DNA from: Kiritimatiellia bacterium
GTDB lineage: Bacteria; Verrucomicrobiota; Kiritimatiellia; RFP12; UBA3636
Direction: 5' to 3'
Length of the DNA: 64,000 nt
Assembly: GCA_017481725.1 (NCBI GenBank)
Contig: JAFUOX010000061.1
Span: 19,467 to 83,466 of the forward strand
The position numbers and the translations under genes are program-made. Below are positions 29,918 to 38,965 of the stretch, in pieces (position 1 is the stretch's first letter; every line of letters starts with the position of its first letter). The notes under the pieces are model-generated. The model did no database searches and had not been told where the DNA came from. It saw nothing but the letters and a program-made list of their open reading frames with translations.

Positions 29918-31696
29918 TTATTCCTCCGCCTCTGAGTCGTCGAGTATTATACCTGCTCCAGAGTGCTTCTCGTAAAGCTCTCTATAGCGCCCGTTTTCTA
30001 TCTGCATTAGCTCTTCGTGACTGCCTTGCTCAATAATGGTGCCTTTGTCAAGAAGTATAATTTTATCGGCATTTTTAATTGTGCTTAGGCGGTGTGCCAC
30101 GATAAATGATGTCTTATTGGAAAGAAAGCGATCGAGAGCCTGTTTAATAGCTGATTCGGAGCGACTATCGAGAGAGCTTGTTGCCTCATCCATAATAAGG
30201 ATTGTTGGATTTGCTAGAACTGCGCGTGCGATAGAAATTCGCTGCTTTTGTCCAACGGAAAGCTGCACATCTTTGTCACCAATGACAGACTCATAGCCGC
30301 GAGGGAGTGTCATAATTTCATTATGAATTTCTGCAATCTTTGCTGCGTTAATTACCTCATCCATAGTCGCTGATGGGCGAGCATAGCGGATGTTGTCTGC
30401 TATTGAGGTTGTGAAGAGGAGTGACTCCTGAAGCACAATGCCGAAAAGTGATTTCAGTGAATATTTGCTAATTTCGCGAATATCAACTCCGTCTATTGTG
30501 ATGCTTCCTTCCTTTACGTCCCAAAAACGCATTAGAAGCGAAAGGATAGTGGTTTTTCCGCAGCCTGTTGGACCAACAAGGGCGATTGTTTCTCCTGGTT
30601 TAACGTGAAGATCAAAGCCACAGATGATTGGATGGCCTTCCTCGTATTCAAAATGGATATTATTGAAATCAACCTTACCAGAAACATTTTTGAGGGTAAT
30701 TGGGTTTTCGGCTTCCTTTACCTGTGGCTCTTCCTCGAGAATTTCAAAGAGGCGGTCTGCTGCGATTCGAACATTTTGTAGGCGTTCTGCGAACATGGTG
30801 AAGCGGATAATTGGCCAAAAGAGCATATTTGCATATGCCACGAATGCGGTTACATCACCATAGGTGGTTGAGTTATTAAGAATCATCCCGCATCCAATAA
30901 AAAAGATTGCTGCATGGCCAAATTTTTGGAGTAGCTGTGCATTGAAGCTATTGTCTGAGGAGGCTTTCCAACCGTTATGTGCATAAATGGAAGCCGTATT
31001 TGTTTCTTCAGAGAAAACAATGTTCTCGCGTTCTTCTGCGCTATAGGTTTTGACGGTTAGGTTCGCTGAAAGGCGGTTTTGTACTCCAGAGGCAAGCCTA
31101 TCTCCGGCTGTGCGGAAATTTTTCCAAGCCATGCGAATACGCTTCCTTAGGATGATAAAGTTTAGATAAAATAGCGATAAAACAATTATCAGTATTATGG
31201 AAAGGCGCCAGTTGATATAAAATGCTGCTGTGATTGCAAAGGTAGAGCAGAACAAATCTGCAATAATTTGAATTGAACCAGCATCAAGGATGAATAGCAG
31301 GGCAGTGGAGTCACCCATGATTCTATTGATAAGCTTACCGGTGCTATTTTTGCTGAAATAGCCCATGTGGAGATTGAGAAGATGCTTATATATGTCCATC
31401 TTTAGCTTCAAAATGAAGCGCTGACCAACAATGGAAACCCCCATCGACTGGATAAAACCGAGTAAAGCATTACATGTTGGTATTGCAATTGCAACGCAGG
31501 CAATGCCGAAAAGCTGCTCGCGTTTGTTTGCTCCAATAATATCGTTAATGATATATCGAGAAATAAGAGGAGGCAATGCTTGTATGATGGAAATTACTAG
31601 CATCAAAAGAATAAGCAAAAAGAGCTGCTTCTTAAATGGAAGCAGTAGCTTAAAGATTTTTGACATTGTGCCTTTTTTTGGGGCATTAGTGTCCAT
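29918..31696 (-). CDS. ABC transporter permease/ATP-binding protein (exporter half-transporter)
   Basis: 592 aa; GPTGCGKTT, LSVGQKQR; 1-bp gap to the downstream ABC gene (likely heterodimer). Confidence 0.85.
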   Translation of the reverse strand: MDTNAPKKGTMSKIFKLLLPFKKQLFLLILLMLVISIIQALPPLISRYIINDIIGANKREQLFGIACVAIAIPTCNALLGFIQSMGVSIVGQRFILKLKMDIYKHLLNLHMGYFSKNSTGKLINRIMGDSTALLFILDAGSIQIIADLFCSTFAITAAFYINWRLSIILIIVLSLFYLNFIILRKRIRMAWKNFRTAGDRLASGVQNRLSANLTVKTYSAEERENIVFSEETNTASIYAHNGWKASSDNSFNAQLLQKFGHAAIFFIGCGMILNNSTTYGDVTAFVAYANMLFWPIIRFTMFAERLQNVRIAADRLFEILEEEPQVKEAENPITLKNVSGKVDFNNIHFEYEEGHPIICGFDLHVKPGETIALVGPTGCGKTTILSLLMRFWDVKEGSITIDGVDIREISKYSLKSLFGIVLQESLLFTTSIADNIRYARPSATMDEVINAAKIAEIHNEIMTLPRGYESVIGDKDVQLSVGQKQRISIARAVLANPTILIMDEATSSLDSRSESAIKQALDRFLSNKTSFIVAHRLSTIKNADKIILLDKGTIIEQGSHEELMQIENGRYRELYEKHSGAGIILDDSEAEE

Positions 31697-31755
31697 AGCT
31701 TATTCTAAATCCGTTTGGTTGCTAAAATAGTTTATGTGTGGCCCAGCAAAAAAAA

Positions 31756-32793
31756 TTATGGCTCAAATATAAACTTCCAGAGTGATTGCTTACCGAGTAG
31801 TAGCTTTGCTCTTGCAGAGGTTCCTGGGCTTACTCCGTAGCTCTCTGGATCAAATTCGCAATATGCTACGCGATAATAGCTATCAGCAGTGCCTTCAACT
31901 ACTCCTCGCAAATATGTGACCTTTCCATCAAACTTGTGAGGGATAATTCCACCGTAGGTGCCGAGTGTGAGGCGTAGAGGAGTGCCAACCTCAACCTTTT
32001 CTGCATATTTTTCAGGGATGCGTAGCTTTATGCAGTTTGCTTCTCCTTGGAAAATCTCGTAAAGCACCATATCTGTACGGAGCATTTCTCCAACATAGAA
32101 GCTGTAGCGAGTGACAGTTCCATCAATAGGAGCACTTATTGTGCGCTTCTTTAGCTCTGCTTGAGCTCTAGTTAGAGCCTCGCGCTGTGATTCCAGCTCC
32201 TGCTCAAGTACAGCAATCTGCTTATCTTCTAGGGTTAGATCCTTTGCTTTTGTAACGCGTAGAAATTCCTCGCACTTTTCAACTGCAAAGGTGTCCTCTG
32301 AAAGGCGGCGTCCTGAAGCCAATCCCTTTTCATATAGGCTTTTTGTTAGGGCAAGCTGTTCGTTTGCGTATTTAAGCTCTAGCTCTGCAAGCTTGATTGC
32401 GTCTGCATGTGCACGCTTGTTTTCAGTGGCTGTTGCCTTGCGCAGGGTTAGCTCTGCCTCTGCCTTGCTAACAAGCTTGCTTGCTTCATCAACGGCTGCC
32501 TGCTCAGCATCGGATTCAAGGTTTACCATTGGATCGCCTTTTTTCACAGTGTCGCCTGAGGAAACAAGAATTTCCGCCACGCGTCCACTTGTAGAGGCTC
32601 GAACATCTGCATATTCGGCTGTTGTGATATATCCTGTTGCAACTGCCTTGTAAGGAACTCTAATTAAAAAGCCGAGCGAAATGATAACTATCAATGATAG
32701 CGAAGTATAAAGCATTATTTTGTTTCTTCTTCTCACGTGCTCGTGCCTTGTTTCTGGTAAAACTCCACCAGCTTCAGTTCTGACGTTTCCCAT
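31756..32793 (-). CDS. HlyD-family membrane fusion (periplasmic adaptor) protein
   Basis: 345 aa; N-terminal TM, long coiled-coil, C-terminal beta domain. Confidence 0.75.
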   Translation of the reverse strand: MGNVRTEAGGVLPETRHEHVRRRNKIMLYTSLSLIVIISLGFLIRVPYKAVATGYITTAEYADVRASTSGRVAEILVSSGDTVKKGDPMVNLESDAEQAAVDEASKLVSKAEAELTLRKATATENKRAHADAIKLAELELKYANEQLALTKSLYEKGLASGRRLSEDTFAVEKCEEFLRVTKAKDLTLEDKQIAVLEQELESQREALTRAQAELKKRTISAPIDGTVTRYSFYVGEMLRTDMVLYEIFQGEANCIKLRIPEKYAEKVEVGTPLRLTLGTYGGIIPHKFDGKVTYLRGVVEGTADSYYRVAYCEFDPESYGVSPGTSARAKLLLGKQSLWKFIFEP

Positions 32794-32828
32794 ACATTAC
32801 CTCATTAAAAATAGTAGTTAAAATAAAA

Positions 32829-33644
32829 TTACTTATTGCTCTTCATTTTGTTGATGGTGATAAGGTCCTTTGCCAATGTGCGAAGACCCTCTGCCTCGTC
32901 TGTATAACGCTTCATGCACTCATTACATTTGTCGCAAGAGGTTTCATAGCAATTTCTATGTACGCGAGAAGGGTACATCTGTTTAAAGGCTTCGTAGCAT
33001 TCATCTGAGCAGAAGCAAAAGCGCTCTTGGGTTGAACCAAATGCTGCGTGTACAAGGTGGAATCCTTCGTTCTCAGGGGAGGTTTCTTTTCCGCACCATC
33101 CACAAGGAAGTGATAGGCGTTCTCTGATTGCACTTCTGCGGGCGGTGATTTCATTTTCACCCCATAGGTATTCAACCCATTCAACTGCAGATGCCGGCAC
33201 GCGAGCAATTACAACCTCATTTTTTACAACTAGCACCTCTCCATTTTTGAGAACGTGGCAGCGTTCACCAAAAATTCCTTCGGTACGATTTTTTGTGTGA
33301 ACGCAAATGGAGCCTTGCCTTGGAACAGAGTAGGAGTGCCAGCCGCATTCTTCGCAGATAGAAACAAATACGTTTTGATTAAGGGAAGCACCGCATTTTG
33401 GGCAGCGACCCTGCTGGAGTACGTGTAAACGTGAGACTGACTGAACCGCCGCAGAACGGATTTTGCGCTCTGCCTCTTCCTTGATTTTTGTTGTTGTGGT
33501 TTCCTCGTTGACAAATTCAAGGTCATTACGAAGCTTGTCGGTATCCTCATCAAATAGCTCAGAATCCTGGAGCTGATTTACAATGTCAGGAGTGAGTGGA
33601 GTTGCAGATTTTTTAGAAAATAGGTGTGAAAATGGGGTTTTCAT
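32829..33644 (-). CDS. cysteine-rich hypothetical protein (multiple CxxC zinc-ribbon-like pairs)
   Basis: 271 aa; CPKCG..CEECG, CGWCG, CDKCNEC; embedded between the TolC-like and HlyD genes. Confidence 0.5.
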   Translation of the reverse strand: MKTPFSHLFSKKSATPLTPDIVNQLQDSELFDEDTDKLRNDLEFVNEETTTTKIKEEAERKIRSAAVQSVSRLHVLQQGRCPKCGASLNQNVFVSICEECGWHSYSVPRQGSICVHTKNRTEGIFGERCHVLKNGEVLVVKNEVVIARVPASAVEWVEYLWGENEITARRSAIRERLSLPCGWCGKETSPENEGFHLVHAAFGSTQERFCFCSDECYEAFKQMYPSRVHRNCYETSCDKCNECMKRYTDEAEGLRTLAKDLITINKMKSNK

Positions 33645-33687
33645 ATTGCTCCTTTTTTCTTGAAGCTAAAAAGTCCTCAGGCAGATT

Positions 33688-35235
33688 TTATTCTTCAGGT
33701 GGGTCTTTTATAATAATATTATTTAGAGGTGAATCACTAGAAAAGGTGTCGTATATGTATGGGGAAACACCAGAGGCTCTACAAAGCTCATTTGCAGAGA
33801 GAATTACCTCAAGTGCAATACTGTGCTTTCTACGAACTGCCATAGTTAAATCTTGCTGTGCATCAAGCACATTGCGTGAGGTTCCATCACCAATAGAAAA
33901 ACGCTCATTTTCGGAGGCTAGCACCTTTTGAGCTTGCTCCAATGCCTTTGTGGCGAGAGCAAGGCGATTGCATGCGCTTGAGAAAGCAAGCTCAGCACGT
34001 TGGATGCGTAGCTCGCAAGCAATGGCCGTTGCATTCGCATCTAGGGTTTGGGTTTGAATATCCTGCTTAGCCTTGCGAAGCTTGTATTTAGAGCCATCTG
34101 AGCCAAGAGGAGTGGAGAATACAAGGCTCACATTGTAGCCAAATTCGTTTTCAAGAGAGTTGTCGTCATCCCAGCCGGCACCTACTTTTAAATCAAGCTT
34201 TGAGCGTTCCTGCTGGACAACGCTTTCGTGGGCGTGTGTTGCTGCTGCGATATTTGCTTCAGCAATTAAAAGCTCAGGCAATGAAGCGGATAGTCGGATG
34301 CCTTTAAGAGTAACAGGCGATATTTTGCTAATCTCTTCAGCCCAATTTGAGAAAAAACTAGAAACCTCTGCTGCGGGGATATTTACCAAATCAAGCTGAT
34401 TAGTTATGCCGATTGCTTCAAGCAAAATGCGCTGCTGTAGCTGGATGTTTTGTTCTGCCTCATGCAGCTCTTCCTTTCGGATAGCTACCTCATATTCTGC
34501 AGGATAAACCTGATATTGAGCAATGTCCTTAAGAGCTGCACGGTGAGATGATTCTTCAACAAGCTTTTCTGCTCTAGTTACAGCATTTTTGATTTCCTCT
34601 GCGTCGATAATTGCAAAGCTGTATCTAGCGAAAGCATCAAATGTGCTTGCATAAGAATCAAGTAGCTTGAGCTTTTTTTCTGCTATTGTTTTTAGGTGAG
34701 CTGCATTAAGGGCATTTATTTTGCTCTTGTGAATAGCAAAGCCAGAATCCTGCATTAAAGGGATGCGTATGTAACCACCTGCTGTTGAGCTATCCTCCGC
34801 ATTATCCTCGTTTGTGAAAATTTGGCGAACACCCAAGCCTCCATATACGCCACCGGCGATTGGGGATTCTACGCCAACGTGGTATGCAGTTGCAGAGCCA
34901 TCATTGATAGAGGAAAAACCTGTTGCTGGTATGGAGTGTGGTGCTTCGCCATTTTCAACAGCAGCATTAAGGCTTGGTGTGTAGAATGCTGCTTTTTCGC
35001 CAGCTAGCTCAAGCCATGCTGAATGAGCTTTTGAAATAGAGCTTTTAAGAGATGGATTTGATGTAAGCATTTGCTTTAATATTAAATCAAGCTTACTTGC
35101 TTCTGGGACAAGACCAAGAAGCTTACTTGCGGACTGATCTGCCGGAGCACTTTGAGGAGTGGTGGCTTGTTCAGCAATAACGCATGTCGACAAGAAACAC
35201 AGAGCCACGAGTACGGGCGTTAGTTTCGTTTTCAT
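33688..35235 (-). CDS. TolC-like outer membrane efflux protein
   Basis: 515 aa; signal peptide, helix-rich repeats; first gene of the OMP-x-HlyD-ABC-ABC operon. Confidence 0.6.
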   Translation of the reverse strand: MKTKLTPVLVALCFLSTCVIAEQATTPQSAPADQSASKLLGLVPEASKLDLILKQMLTSNPSLKSSISKAHSAWLELAGEKAAFYTPSLNAAVENGEAPHSIPATGFSSINDGSATAYHVGVESPIAGGVYGGLGVRQIFTNEDNAEDSSTAGGYIRIPLMQDSGFAIHKSKINALNAAHLKTIAEKKLKLLDSYASTFDAFARYSFAIIDAEEIKNAVTRAEKLVEESSHRAALKDIAQYQVYPAEYEVAIRKEELHEAEQNIQLQQRILLEAIGITNQLDLVNIPAAEVSSFFSNWAEEISKISPVTLKGIRLSASLPELLIAEANIAAATHAHESVVQQERSKLDLKVGAGWDDDNSLENEFGYNVSLVFSTPLGSDGSKYKLRKAKQDIQTQTLDANATAIACELRIQRAELAFSSACNRLALATKALEQAQKVLASENERFSIGDGTSRNVLDAQQDLTMAVRRKHSIALEVILSANELCRASGVSPYIYDTFSSDSPLNNIIIKDPPEE

Positions 35236-35408
35236 TGTATTCTGCTTTTGTGTTTACGAACAAAATATGGTTAATTAAACAATAGCAATATTTTACCTTC
35301 TTAATGAAACACAATTCAAGCAAAAATGAATAAGTTTTGCGTTAAATTTTAAAAAGATGCAAAAATTTTGAATATAGATGCACTTGCATGGTGACTAGAG
35401 GTGTGAAA

Positions 35409-35447
35409 GTGTTCCATAACCACATATGCAAAGTGTCATGGAACACG
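35409..35447. promoter_or_regulatory. 9-bp inverted repeat GTGTTCCAT-N20-ATGGAACAC upstream of the array (possible operator)
   Basis: perfect inverted repeat seen in sequence. Confidence 0.3.
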
Positions 35448-35546
35448 CAAAGGTTGCTGGGTTGCAGGGCTTGTGCGGTGGGGTATTTGCGTAATGGTGC
35501 TTATAATCGAGATATGGGTGTATTATTTTTTATAAAGATAATTTGC

Positions 35547-35574
35547 TTGCATATTTTTTAATATATTGTATAAT
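35547..35574 (+). promoter_or_regulatory. sigma70-like promoter (TTGCAT-16-TGnTATAAT) for the RhuM-like array
   Basis: TTGCAT at 35547, extended -10 tgTATAAT at 35567-35574; about 30 bp upstream of the AAGGAG RBS. Confidence 0.4.
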
Positions 35575-35606
35575 TATGGTGCTTTTATAAATCACAAGGA
35601 GTTGCT

Positions 35607-36476
35607 ATGGAACATAAAGAGAAGAAAAACGAAATTGTAATATATCAGCCCAATGAAACTATCCGCTTGGAGGTATGCTTAGAGAATGACACCGTGTGGC
35701 TGACGCAAACACAACTATGTAACTTGTTTGGTGTTGTTAAGTCAAATATTTCATCTATTCTTAAGAATATATTTGAAACTAATGAGTTGGATTCTTCGGC
35801 AATTGTTCAAAAAAATCGAACAGTTCAACAAGAGTCTGGACGTTTTGTCTCTCGCAATATTGAACGTTTTTCATGTGGATTTATGTTTGTCCTGTCAAAA
35901 GAAGAGTTGTGTGAACTGGTCACAAATTGTGACCGGTTTAAAAATTTAAAGCATTCCACGGTCTATCCAAAAGCATTCACAGAGCAAGGAGTTGCTATTA
36001 ATCATGAAGAGAAGAAAAACAAAATTGTAATATACCAGCCAGATGAAACTATACGGATAGAGGTTGTTCTTCAAAATGAAATAGTGTGGCTAAATCAGAT
36101 AAAGTTGTCTGCCTTATTTGATGTAGATAGAAGTGTTATAAATAGGCATATACGTAATATTTACAATAGTGGTGAACTGCATGAATCAGCAACTTGTGTA
36201 AAAATTGCACAAGTTCAAAATGAGGGAGCAAGAATAGTTTCCCGTGTAATTCCATTTTTTAATCTTGATGTTATAATAGCGGTTGGATATAGGGTAAATT
36301 CTGCAAGGGCAACACAATTTCGTATTTGGGCAACATCAGTTTTGAGAGAGCATTTGTTATGTGGTTACTCTTATAATATTCATCTAAAACATTTGGAAAA
36401 TAAAATGGATGAGAAATTTGCGGCTCACGATAAGGATATATCTTATCTCAAAGAAAAAGTAGATTTCTTTATATAA
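35607..36476 (+). CDS. RhuM-family (virulence protein RhuM N-terminal region) paralog 1 with a tandemly duplicated N-domain
   Basis: 289 aa; EIVIYQPNETIRLEV...TVWLTQ motif occurs twice (residues 1-60 and ~133-190); YNLD..(A/I)VGYRVNS..FR(I/R)WAT core; ends KEKVDFFI. Confidence 0.7.
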   Translation: MEHKEKKNEIVIYQPNETIRLEVCLENDTVWLTQTQLCNLFGVVKSNISSILKNIFETNELDSSAIVQKNRTVQQESGRFVSRNIERFSCGFMFVLSKEELCELVTNCDRFKNLKHSTVYPKAFTEQGVAINHEEKKNKIVIYQPDETIRIEVVLQNEIVWLNQIKLSALFDVDRSVINRHIRNIYNSGELHESATCVKIAQVQNEGARIVSRVIPFFNLDVIIAVGYRVNSARATQFRIWATSVLREHLLCGYSYNIHLKHLENKMDEKFAAHDKDISYLKEKVDFFI

Positions 36477-36558
36477 ACACAAACTGCACATATAGATGAA
36501 TTATTCACAAGGAGTTGCTATGAATCACGAAGAGAAGAAAAACGAAATTGTAATATAT
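36455..36558 (+). repeat. conserved cassette junction (3' KEKVDFF codons + taaacacaaactgcacatatagatgaattattcacaAGGAGttgctATGaatca + first ~12 codons), copy 1
   Basis: recurs at 37385-37465 and 37893-37998; partial copies at 35585-35650, 35985-36050 (in-frame, ATG to ATT) and 37795-37830. Confidence 0.8.
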
Positions 36559-37401
36559 CAGCCCAATGAAACTATCCGCTTGGAGGTTTGTCTTCGAGAT
36601 GAAACTGTATGGTTGAATCAAGAGCAAATAGCATCTTTGTTTGGAACTAAAAGACCAGCAATAACCAAACATCTAAAAAATATATACGAAAGCAGGGAAA
36701 TAGATAAGGATAGCACATGTTCCATTTTGGAACACATGGGAAATGCTGGAAAACAAACCTATCGTACATTATATTATAATTTGGATGCTATTCTTTCTGT
36801 TGGCTATAGAGTTAATAGTACAAATGCTACTAAATTTAGAAGATGGGCAACAGAGACATTAAAGGCATATCTACTAAAGGGTTATGTGATTAATACTCAT
36901 CTAAGTCATTTGGAAAATAAAATGGATGAGAAATTTGCGGCTCACGATAAGGATATATCCTATCTCAAAGAAAAAGTAGATTTCTTTGTGCAAACGCAGA
37001 CACCGCCACTCCAGGGCGTATTCTTTGAGGGACAGCTATGGGATGCGTGCTCGTTAGTGGAAAAGCTTATTGCACGAGCAAAAAGCTCAATTTTATTGAT
37101 TGATAATTGGGTTAGCGTAGAAACGCTTGATATGCTCGCAAAAAAGAATAGCGGGGTAGCAGTATCCATAGTTACCTCAAAAAGAGGAAACAAGCTTGCT
37201 CCCTCTGATATTGCTAAATTTAACGCCCAATATCCAATCTTAACGATTAAGGAGAGTGACGCTTTTCATGACCGCTTTCTAATTCTTGATGACAAAGAAA
37301 TATATCTTATCGGAGCATCGCTAAAGGATTTAGGAAAGAAATGCTTTGCCTTTACCAAAATGGATGTCAGTACAATATCTGACATAAAACTGCACATATA
37401 G
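36520..37401 (+). CDS. RhuM-family N-domain fused to a ~150-aa C-terminal domain (paralog 2)
   Basis: ITKHLKNIY, YYNLDAILSVGYRVNSTNATKFRRWAT. The start is moved to the ATG following the AAGGAG RBS; the ORF-track start at 36496 is an upstream in-frame ATG inside the conserved junction. Confidence 0.7.
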   Translation: MNHEEKKNEIVIYQPNETIRLEVCLRDETVWLNQEQIASLFGTKRPAITKHLKNIYESREIDKDSTCSILEHMGNAGKQTYRTLYYNLDAILSVGYRVNSTNATKFRRWATETLKAYLLKGYVINTHLSHLENKMDEKFAAHDKDISYLKEKVDFFVQTQTPPLQGVFFEGQLWDACSLVEKLIARAKSSILLIDNWVSVETLDMLAKKNSGVAVSIVTSKRGNKLAPSDIAKFNAQYPILTIKESDAFHDRFLILDDKEIYLIGASLKDLGKKCFAFTKMDVSTISDIKLHI

Positions 37402-37465
37402 ATGAATTATTCACAAGGAGTTGCTATGAATCATGAAGAGAAGAAAAACGAAATTGTAATATATC
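37385..37465 (+). repeat. conserved cassette junction, copy 2
   Basis: aaactgcacatatagatgaattattcacaaggagttgctatgaatcatgaagagaagaaaaacgaaattgtaatatatcagcc. Confidence 0.8.
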
Positions 37466-37809
37466 AGCCAGATGAAACTATACGAATAGAGGTTAGAGTA
37501 GCTAATGATACGGTTTGGCTTACGCAAAGCCAAATGAGTCTTTTATTTGGTTGCACTGTAAGAAATATTAGATTGCATTTAGAAAAGATATATTCGTGTG
37601 GGGCGTTGGAAACAGATTCAACTAAGAAGGATTTCTTCCTAGTTCGGTTTGAAGGAATAAGGGCAGTTAAAAGAAATATTACTTGTTATAACTTAGATGC
37701 TATTATTTCTGTTGGTTATCGTGTTAATTCTATTTTGGGTGTAAAATTCAGACGCTGGGCTACAGAGGTGTTGCGTAATTATCTTTTAATGAGTTGCTAT
37801 GAAACATAA
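37426..37809 (+). CDS. truncated RhuM-family N-domain paralog 3 (likely recombination remnant)
   Basis: 127 aa from the RBS-proximal ATG; the frame terminates inside a degenerate copy of the junction sequence (gagttgctatgaaacataa). Confidence 0.55.
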   Translation: MNHEEKKNEIVIYQPDETIRIEVRVANDTVWLTQSQMSLLFGCTVRNIRLHLEKIYSCGALETDSTKKDFFLVRFEGIRAVKRNITCYNLDAIISVGYRVNSILGVKFRRWATEVLRNYLLMSCYET

Positions 37810-37892
37810 AGAGAAGAAAAAAGCAATGTGCATTTTTTACACATTCCTTCTTCTGACAAACCTATGATAATCGTATAGAAACCCTTGAGGGG

Positions 37893-37998
37893 AAAGTAGA
37901 TTTCTTTATATAAACACAAACTGCACATATAGATGAATTATTCACAAGGAGAGTTGCTATGAATCATGAAGAGAAGAAAAACGAAATTGTAATATATC
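37893..37998 (+). repeat. conserved cassette junction, copy 3 (with AG insertion in the RBS region)
   Basis: gaaagtagatttctttatataaacacaaactgcacatatagatgaattattcacaaggagagttgctatgaatcatgaagag... Confidence 0.8.
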
Positions 37999-38867
37999 AG
38001 CCCAATGAAACGATACGAATAGAGGTTGTGCTTCAAAATGAAACAGTATGGCTAAATCGGAAACAGATGGCTGAGCTTTTTGGACGTAATGTTAAAACTA
38101 TAGGAAAACATATAAAAAATGCACTGTCTGAAGAGTTGTCTGAGTCATACAATATAGGGGATAGTACAAGCAACAGAAATCCAGTTGTCGCAAATTTTGC
38201 GACAACTGCCACTGACGGTAAAGTTTATAGTGTTGAGTATTATTCTCTTGATGTTGTTTTGTCTGTCGGGTATAGAGTTAAATCAACACAAGGGATTGCC
38301 TTTCGTAGATGGTCAAATGAGGTTTTGAAGTCTTTTTTGATTAATGGGTATATTTATGATTATAAATTTAGCCACTTAGAAGAGCGGATCGATAAACATT
38401 TAGCGGCTCACGATAAGGATATATCCTATCTCAAAGAAAAAGTAGATTTCTTTGTGCAAACTCAGACGCCACCACTCCAGGGCGTATTTTTTGAGGGGCA
38501 GTTATGGGATGCGTGCTCGCTTGTGGAAAAGCTTATTGCACGAGCAAAAAGTTCAATTTTATTGATTGATAGCTGGGTTAGCGTAGAAACACTTGATATG
38601 CTCGCAAAAAAGAATAGCGGGGTAGCAGTATCCATAGTTACCTCAAAGCACGGCAACAAGCTTGCTCCCTCCGATATTGCTAAATTTAATGCTCAATACC
38701 CAACATTAACGATTAAAGAGAGTGCCGCATTTCATGACAGATTCCTAATTCTTGATGACAAAGAAATATACCTTATCGGAGCATCGCTCAAGGATCTCGG
38801 AAAGAAATGCTTTGCCTTTACCAAAATGGATGCCAGTACAATTCCATCCATAAAAGCCCAGATTTAA
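37959..38867 (+). CDS. RhuM-family N-domain fused to a ~150-aa C-terminal domain (paralog 4)
   Basis: 302 aa; C-terminal 150 aa about 93% identical at nucleotide level to paralog 2 (38405-38867 vs 36950-37401). Confidence 0.7.
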   Translation: MNHEEKKNEIVIYQPNETIRIEVVLQNETVWLNRKQMAELFGRNVKTIGKHIKNALSEELSESYNIGDSTSNRNPVVANFATTATDGKVYSVEYYSLDVVLSVGYRVKSTQGIAFRRWSNEVLKSFLINGYIYDYKFSHLEERIDKHLAAHDKDISYLKEKVDFFVQTQTPPLQGVFFEGQLWDACSLVEKLIARAKSSILLIDSWVSVETLDMLAKKNSGVAVSIVTSKHGNKLAPSDIAKFNAQYPTLTIKESAAFHDRFLILDDKEIYLIGASLKDLGKKCFAFTKMDASTIPSIKAQI

Positions 38868-38920
38868 TTTTGTGTAGTGCTGAAACCCGGTAAGTTTATA
38901 TAAATCGAATTTATCGTTTT

Positions 38921-38958
38921 TTGAAAATAAAAAACCCACAGACTCATTGAGCTGTGGG
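38921..38958 (-). terminator. Rho-independent terminator downstream of tRNA-Val (minus strand)
   Basis: cccacagactcattgagctgtggg hairpin; the A-run on the + strand is a T-run on the - strand. Confidence 0.55.
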
Positions 38959-38965
38959 AAAGGGA

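Noticed and set aside
36496-37425. ORF-track starts at 36496 and 37402 (MNYSQGVAMNHEE...)
   Set aside because: These starts use an upstream in-frame ATG inside the conserved junction. The AAGGAG RBS sits 7 nt before the second ATG (MNHEE), as in paralog 4 where the upstream frame is broken. The starts were therefore moved to 36520 and 37426.
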